Positions 52,718-55,887 of a DNA stretch of 55,887 bases are shown here, piece by piece (position 1 is the first letter of the stretch; each line of letters opens with the position of its first letter). The translations under genes and the position numbers were made by a program. Source of the stretch: Kofleriaceae bacterium (GTDB lineage Bacteria; Myxococcota_A; Polyangia; Haliangiales; Haliangiaceae); contig JBKJLC010000290.1 of the NCBI GenBank assembly GCA_046597055.1, forward strand, positions 1-55,887. Direction: 5' to 3'. The notes below the pieces were generated by a model, which saw nothing but the letters and a program-made list of their open reading frames with translations, was not told the DNA's origin and made no database searches.

Positions 52718-54019
52718 ATGTCGCGCATCGGATCGTCCCTCCCCGCCCTCACCCTCTGTTTCACCTTCGTGTCGGGCTGCGCCGTCGACGGCGCCGACGT
52801 CCCGCTTCCCGAGGTCCGCTTCGCCACCGTCGATTTCGGTGCCGGCCCGGTCGAAATCGGCTTCGTCGACGTCGACGGCGACGCCGTGTTCGAAGGCGAC
52901 ATCGTGCTCGGCCCGACCGCGCTGGTCGAGAGCGGCACGCTGTCGTTCGGCGCGCCCACTGGCGACAAGGGCATCGCCCACGCCGCCCTGTCGCACCGCA
53001 ACAGCTGGCCGGGCGGTCACATCCCGTTCGCGATCGACCCGGCGCTTCCCTCCACGGTGGTCGACCGGATCAACCAGGCGGTCTTCGATTGGAACGCCTT
53101 GACGATCGTGCGCCTCATCCCGCACGCGAGCGGGGTCTCCGAGCACTTCGTGACCTTCACCGGCCGGACGAGAGGTATGACGTCGACCGAGGGCAACGCG
53201 GCGATCGGCTTTCAGCCGGGCACCGTCCAGCGCATCCGCCTCGGCGCCGACGTCACGGTCGGGACGATCCGCCACGAGATCGGCCACACCGTCGGCCTGT
53301 ACCACGAGCAGAGCCGCACCGATCGCGACAGCTTCATCCGCATCAACTACGACGCGATCCGTGACGGCCGCGAGGCCAACTTCGACTCGTACGTGGTGAC
53401 TGGCCTGGTCGGGCTCGACTTCGGCCCGTACGATATCGGCTCGCTCATGCACTACGGGTCGTTCACCTTCGCCGCCAACTCGGCGGTGCCGACCATCGTG
53501 CGCGCCGGCTGCGCGCTCACCAGCACCGCGCCGGAGTGCATGGTCAATCCGTCGTCGACGTTGACCGATCTCGATCGCAAGGGGGTCACCCGCCAGGTCT
53601 CCGGCGATCCGTTCGGCAAGTTTCGGCTGCGCAACGACGCCACCGGCCAGTGCCTGCGTCCTGAGAACGGCAGCACCACCGCCGGCGCCCGTGTCGTCCT
53701 CGACTCGTGCACCAGCACCGCCAGCCGTCGGTGGTACGAGTTCACCCGCGCCGGCGAGACGACGCCGATGATCATCAACGAGGCGAGCCGCCTGTGCCTC
53801 GACCGCGATGCCAATAGCAATCTCATCCAGGCCCACTGCGTCAGCAGCGGCAACCAGCGCTATCGCACCGTCATGGACTTCAACCCGTTCACGCCGGGCG
53901 AGCTGCTGCAGAGCGGCGACCGCTGCCTGTCACGCAGCACGACCCGCGCGCAGCCGTTCCTGACGACGACCTGCACCCAGAGCAGCAACAACCGGCGCTG
54001 GCACAAGGACGTATTCTGA
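52718..54019 (+). CDS. Astacin-family (M12A) metalloprotease with ricin-B-like lectin domain
   Basis: AAGGAG RBS; VFEGDIVL propeptide motif; HEIGHTVGLYHEQSRTDRD; Met-turn SLMHY; C-terminal GQCL...RLCLD...QRY repeats. Confidence 0.92.
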   Translation: MSRIGSSLPALTLCFTFVSGCAVDGADVPLPEVRFATVDFGAGPVEIGFVDVDGDAVFEGDIVLGPTALVESGTLSFGAPTGDKGIAHAALSHRNSWPGGHIPFAIDPALPSTVVDRINQAVFDWNALTIVRLIPHASGVSEHFVTFTGRTRGMTSTEGNAAIGFQPGTVQRIRLGADVTVGTIRHEIGHTVGLYHEQSRTDRDSFIRINYDAIRDGREANFDSYVVTGLVGLDFGPYDIGSLMHYGSFTFAANSAVPTIVRAGCALTSTAPECMVNPSSTLTDLDRKGVTRQVSGDPFGKFRLRNDATGQCLRPENGSTTAGARVVLDSCTSTASRRWYEFTRAGETTPMIINEASRLCLDRDANSNLIQAHCVSSGNQRYRTVMDFNPFTPGELLQSGDRCLSRSTTRAQPFLTTTCTQSSNNRRWHKDVF

Positions 54020-54113
54020 GCGTCGGCACGCCGACGACGGTCAGGTTTCGTCGACGACCGGACCGAACACCTCGACATCGTCGGCGTAGTCCACGGTCTC
54101 GAGGGTGCCGCCG

Positions 54114-54228
54114 GCCGGGGCCGATCGCAGCCACGGGAACGCGAACACGCCGGACACCCGTTTCGGGATTGCGTCCGGGTCCAAGCTCATGACGGCGCTG
54201 GGCGTCGGCGCCCTGATCGACGAGGGGG
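54114..54228 (+). pseudogene. Fragment of a serine hydrolase (beta-lactamase family) next to the IS
   Basis: ADRSHGNANTPDTRFGIASGSKLMTALGVGALIDEG with an SxxK motif; the rest of the gene is absent. Confidence 0.7.
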
Positions 54229-54300
54229 TACAAGCTGGTTTTTTAGTGGGCTTGATCCACTCCCGTGGACACCTTTCGAGAGGCGGATACTGTGTCCAAG

Positions 54301-54621
54301 ATGGAAACCAAGCGCGGGAGCGGACCGGGCCGGCAGGGGAAGCGCCGGCAGTTCACGGATGAGTTCAAGGCCGGAGCGGTGCGGCTCGTGCTCGACGAGG
54401 GCAGGAAGGTGGCCCAGGTCGCGCGCGAGCTCGACCTGACGCCGTCGGCGTTGAGCGGTTGGGTCAAGCAGGCGCAGGCCGATCGCACCAAGGGCAAGGC
54501 CGGGCTCACGACCGAGGAGCGCGCCGAGTTGTCCGCGCTGCGCAAGGAGCTGCGGGTGGTGCGGATGGAGCGCGACATCCTGGGAAAAGCCGTGGCCTTC
54601 TTCGCGAAGGAGAACGCATGA
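54301..54621 (+). CDS. IS3-family transposase OrfA
   Basis: RRQFTDEFKAGAVRLV...VARELDL...W (HTH), ERDILGKAVAFFAK; slippery heptamer G GGA AAA at 54582-54588; ATGA overlap with orfB. Confidence 0.93.
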   Translation: METKRGSGPGRQGKRRQFTDEFKAGAVRLVLDEGRKVAQVARELDLTPSALSGWVKQAQADRTKGKAGLTTEERAELSALRKELRVVRMERDILGKAVAFFAKENA

Positions 54622-55701
54622 GGTTCGCGTTCATCCTGGCGGAGAAGGCCTGGTGGCCGGTGGTGGTGATGTGCGCCGTGCTCAAGGTCTCGACCTCGGG
54701 GTTCTATGCGTGGCTGCGGCACGTGCCGTCGAAGCGCGCGAGGAAGGACGAGCGGCTGAAGGTCCGGATCGGCGAGTCGTTCACCCGGAGCCGTCGGACG
54801 TACGGGAGCCCACGTGTCCACGTGGATCTCGCCGACGAGCGCGTGGGTCGCAATCGCATCATCCGGATCATGCAATCCGAGGGACACGTGGCTCGGGTTC
54901 GTCGGCGGTACCGATCGACGACGATGAGCGACCACGACCAACCGATCGCGGCGAACCTGCTCAACCGAGAGTTCGAGGCCGATGCACCGAACCAGCGCTG
55001 GGTCGGCGACACGACCGAGTTGCTCACGTCGAGCGGGAAGTTCTACCTGGCGGTGATTGTCGACCTCTACGCCCGGTTCGTCGTTGGGTGGGCCGTCAGC
55101 GCGGTGAACGACCGGCACCTGACCATCGCGGCGCTCGACCAGGCGCTGCCGGCGGTGTCCTGGGGCGGGACTGCTCCACCATTCCGACCGGGGCAGCACC
55201 TACACGAGCGAGGACTACCTGAAAGTGCTTCGCGACCACGGCATCACGTGCAGCATGAGCCGACGAGGAAACTGTTACGACAACGCCGCGATGGAGAGCT
55301 GGTTCTCGACCTTCAAGGCCGAGCTCGGGGAGACCTTCGAATCCATCCGCCGCGGCAAGGACCTGGCGTTCGACTACATCGAGGTGTTCTACAACCAGCA
55401 CCGCCGCCACAAGACCTGTGGCAGCAGGTGGGAGGCCAACCAACGACCCGAAGGGCACGCTCGTCGCCGTGCGCCTGTCGGCACGACAGGTTCACGTCCT
55501 CGAAAAGCGCTCGCGTCGAGAACACACGGGACTCTCCGAGGCGATCCGCCGGTGCGTCGACGAATGGGCCGCTGCCCACGTCGTACGCAACAGACCCCCT
55601 ACCCAAGCCAAGCCGGAGGCCTTGAGGAAGCCTGCCGGAGCATCCGGATCCCGACCGACGCGCCGTCGCACGCGTCGGTCGCCGAAGTGATGGCGACGTA
55701 A
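54618..55701 (+). pseudogene. IS3-family transposase OrfB, frameshifted near 55148
   Basis: YGSPR, PNQRWVGDTT, YLAVIVDLY in one frame; LLHHSDRGSTY, SMSRRGNCYDNAAMESWF, YIEVFYNQHRRH in the next frame. Confidence 0.85.
55418..55690 (+). CDS. Putative ribbon-helix-helix DNA-binding protein inside the IS
   Basis: GRPTNDPKGTLVAVRLSARQVHVLEKRSRREHTGLSEAIRRCVDEW fits the GRP...strand-helix-(S)EAIR helix pattern. Confidence 0.55.
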   Translation: MAAGGRPTNDPKGTLVAVRLSARQVHVLEKRSRREHTGLSEAIRRCVDEWAAAHVVRNRPPTQAKPEALRKPAGASGSRPTRRRTRRSPK

Positions 55702-55887
55702 CCAAACCGTCCACGGGAGTGGATCAAGCCCACCACCGCGCGTTACCTGCGATCCGACTCCGCGACCGCCGCCGTCGACCCGCGCGCTCGGCTGTCATTC
55801 GCGCGCCCCGACGCCGAGGTGGTGGCGATCGGCAGTGGCCCAACGGTGGCCCGAGATTCAGGCGAGGCTGGCGCGGCATCAAATTCC

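Larger units (their letters stand above)
54247..55732 (+). mobile_element. IS3-family insertion sequence (1486 bp), probably defective
   Basis: TG...CA ends; perfect 24-bp terminal IRs at 54247-54270 and 55709-55732; orfA/orfB organisation; no target-site duplication visible. Confidence 0.93.

Overview
Very GC-rich bacterial DNA whose gene content looks myxobacterial (inference from content only: several Hanks-type Ser/Thr kinases, a DnaK paralog, a DUF4157 protein, an ECF sigma/kinase pair, large secreted lipoproteins). About 35 credible CDSs. Most other long ORFs in the track are opposite-strand or off-frame shadows. I saw no rRNA, tRNA or CRISPR array. The best candidate for an undescribed system is a compact divergent four-gene module at 20614-27246. 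Leftward it encodes a zinc-ribbon kinase-fold protein lacking the catalytic Asp and a vWA protein carrying an inserted YfaP/DUF2135-like domain. Rightward it encodes a multi-zinc-ribbon SPFH-like coiled-coil protein, translationally coupled to an adenylosuccinate-synthetase-like enzyme that keeps the GTP/catalytic motifs but has lost the aspartate-binding loop. Other notable items: a lidless DnaK beside an HPD->HPA J-protein; a DUF4157 protein with a collagen-like linker; a 1227-aa amidohydrolase-TSP3-OB-Ig-LTD lipoprotein; a REP-like nested palindrome; two 21-bp direct repeats; an IS3 element with a frameshifted transposase and an apparent RHH passenger ORF; and a group II intron RT fragment folded back on itself at the left edge. 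All family calls are motif recognition by eye, not database hits. Start codons are best guesses.
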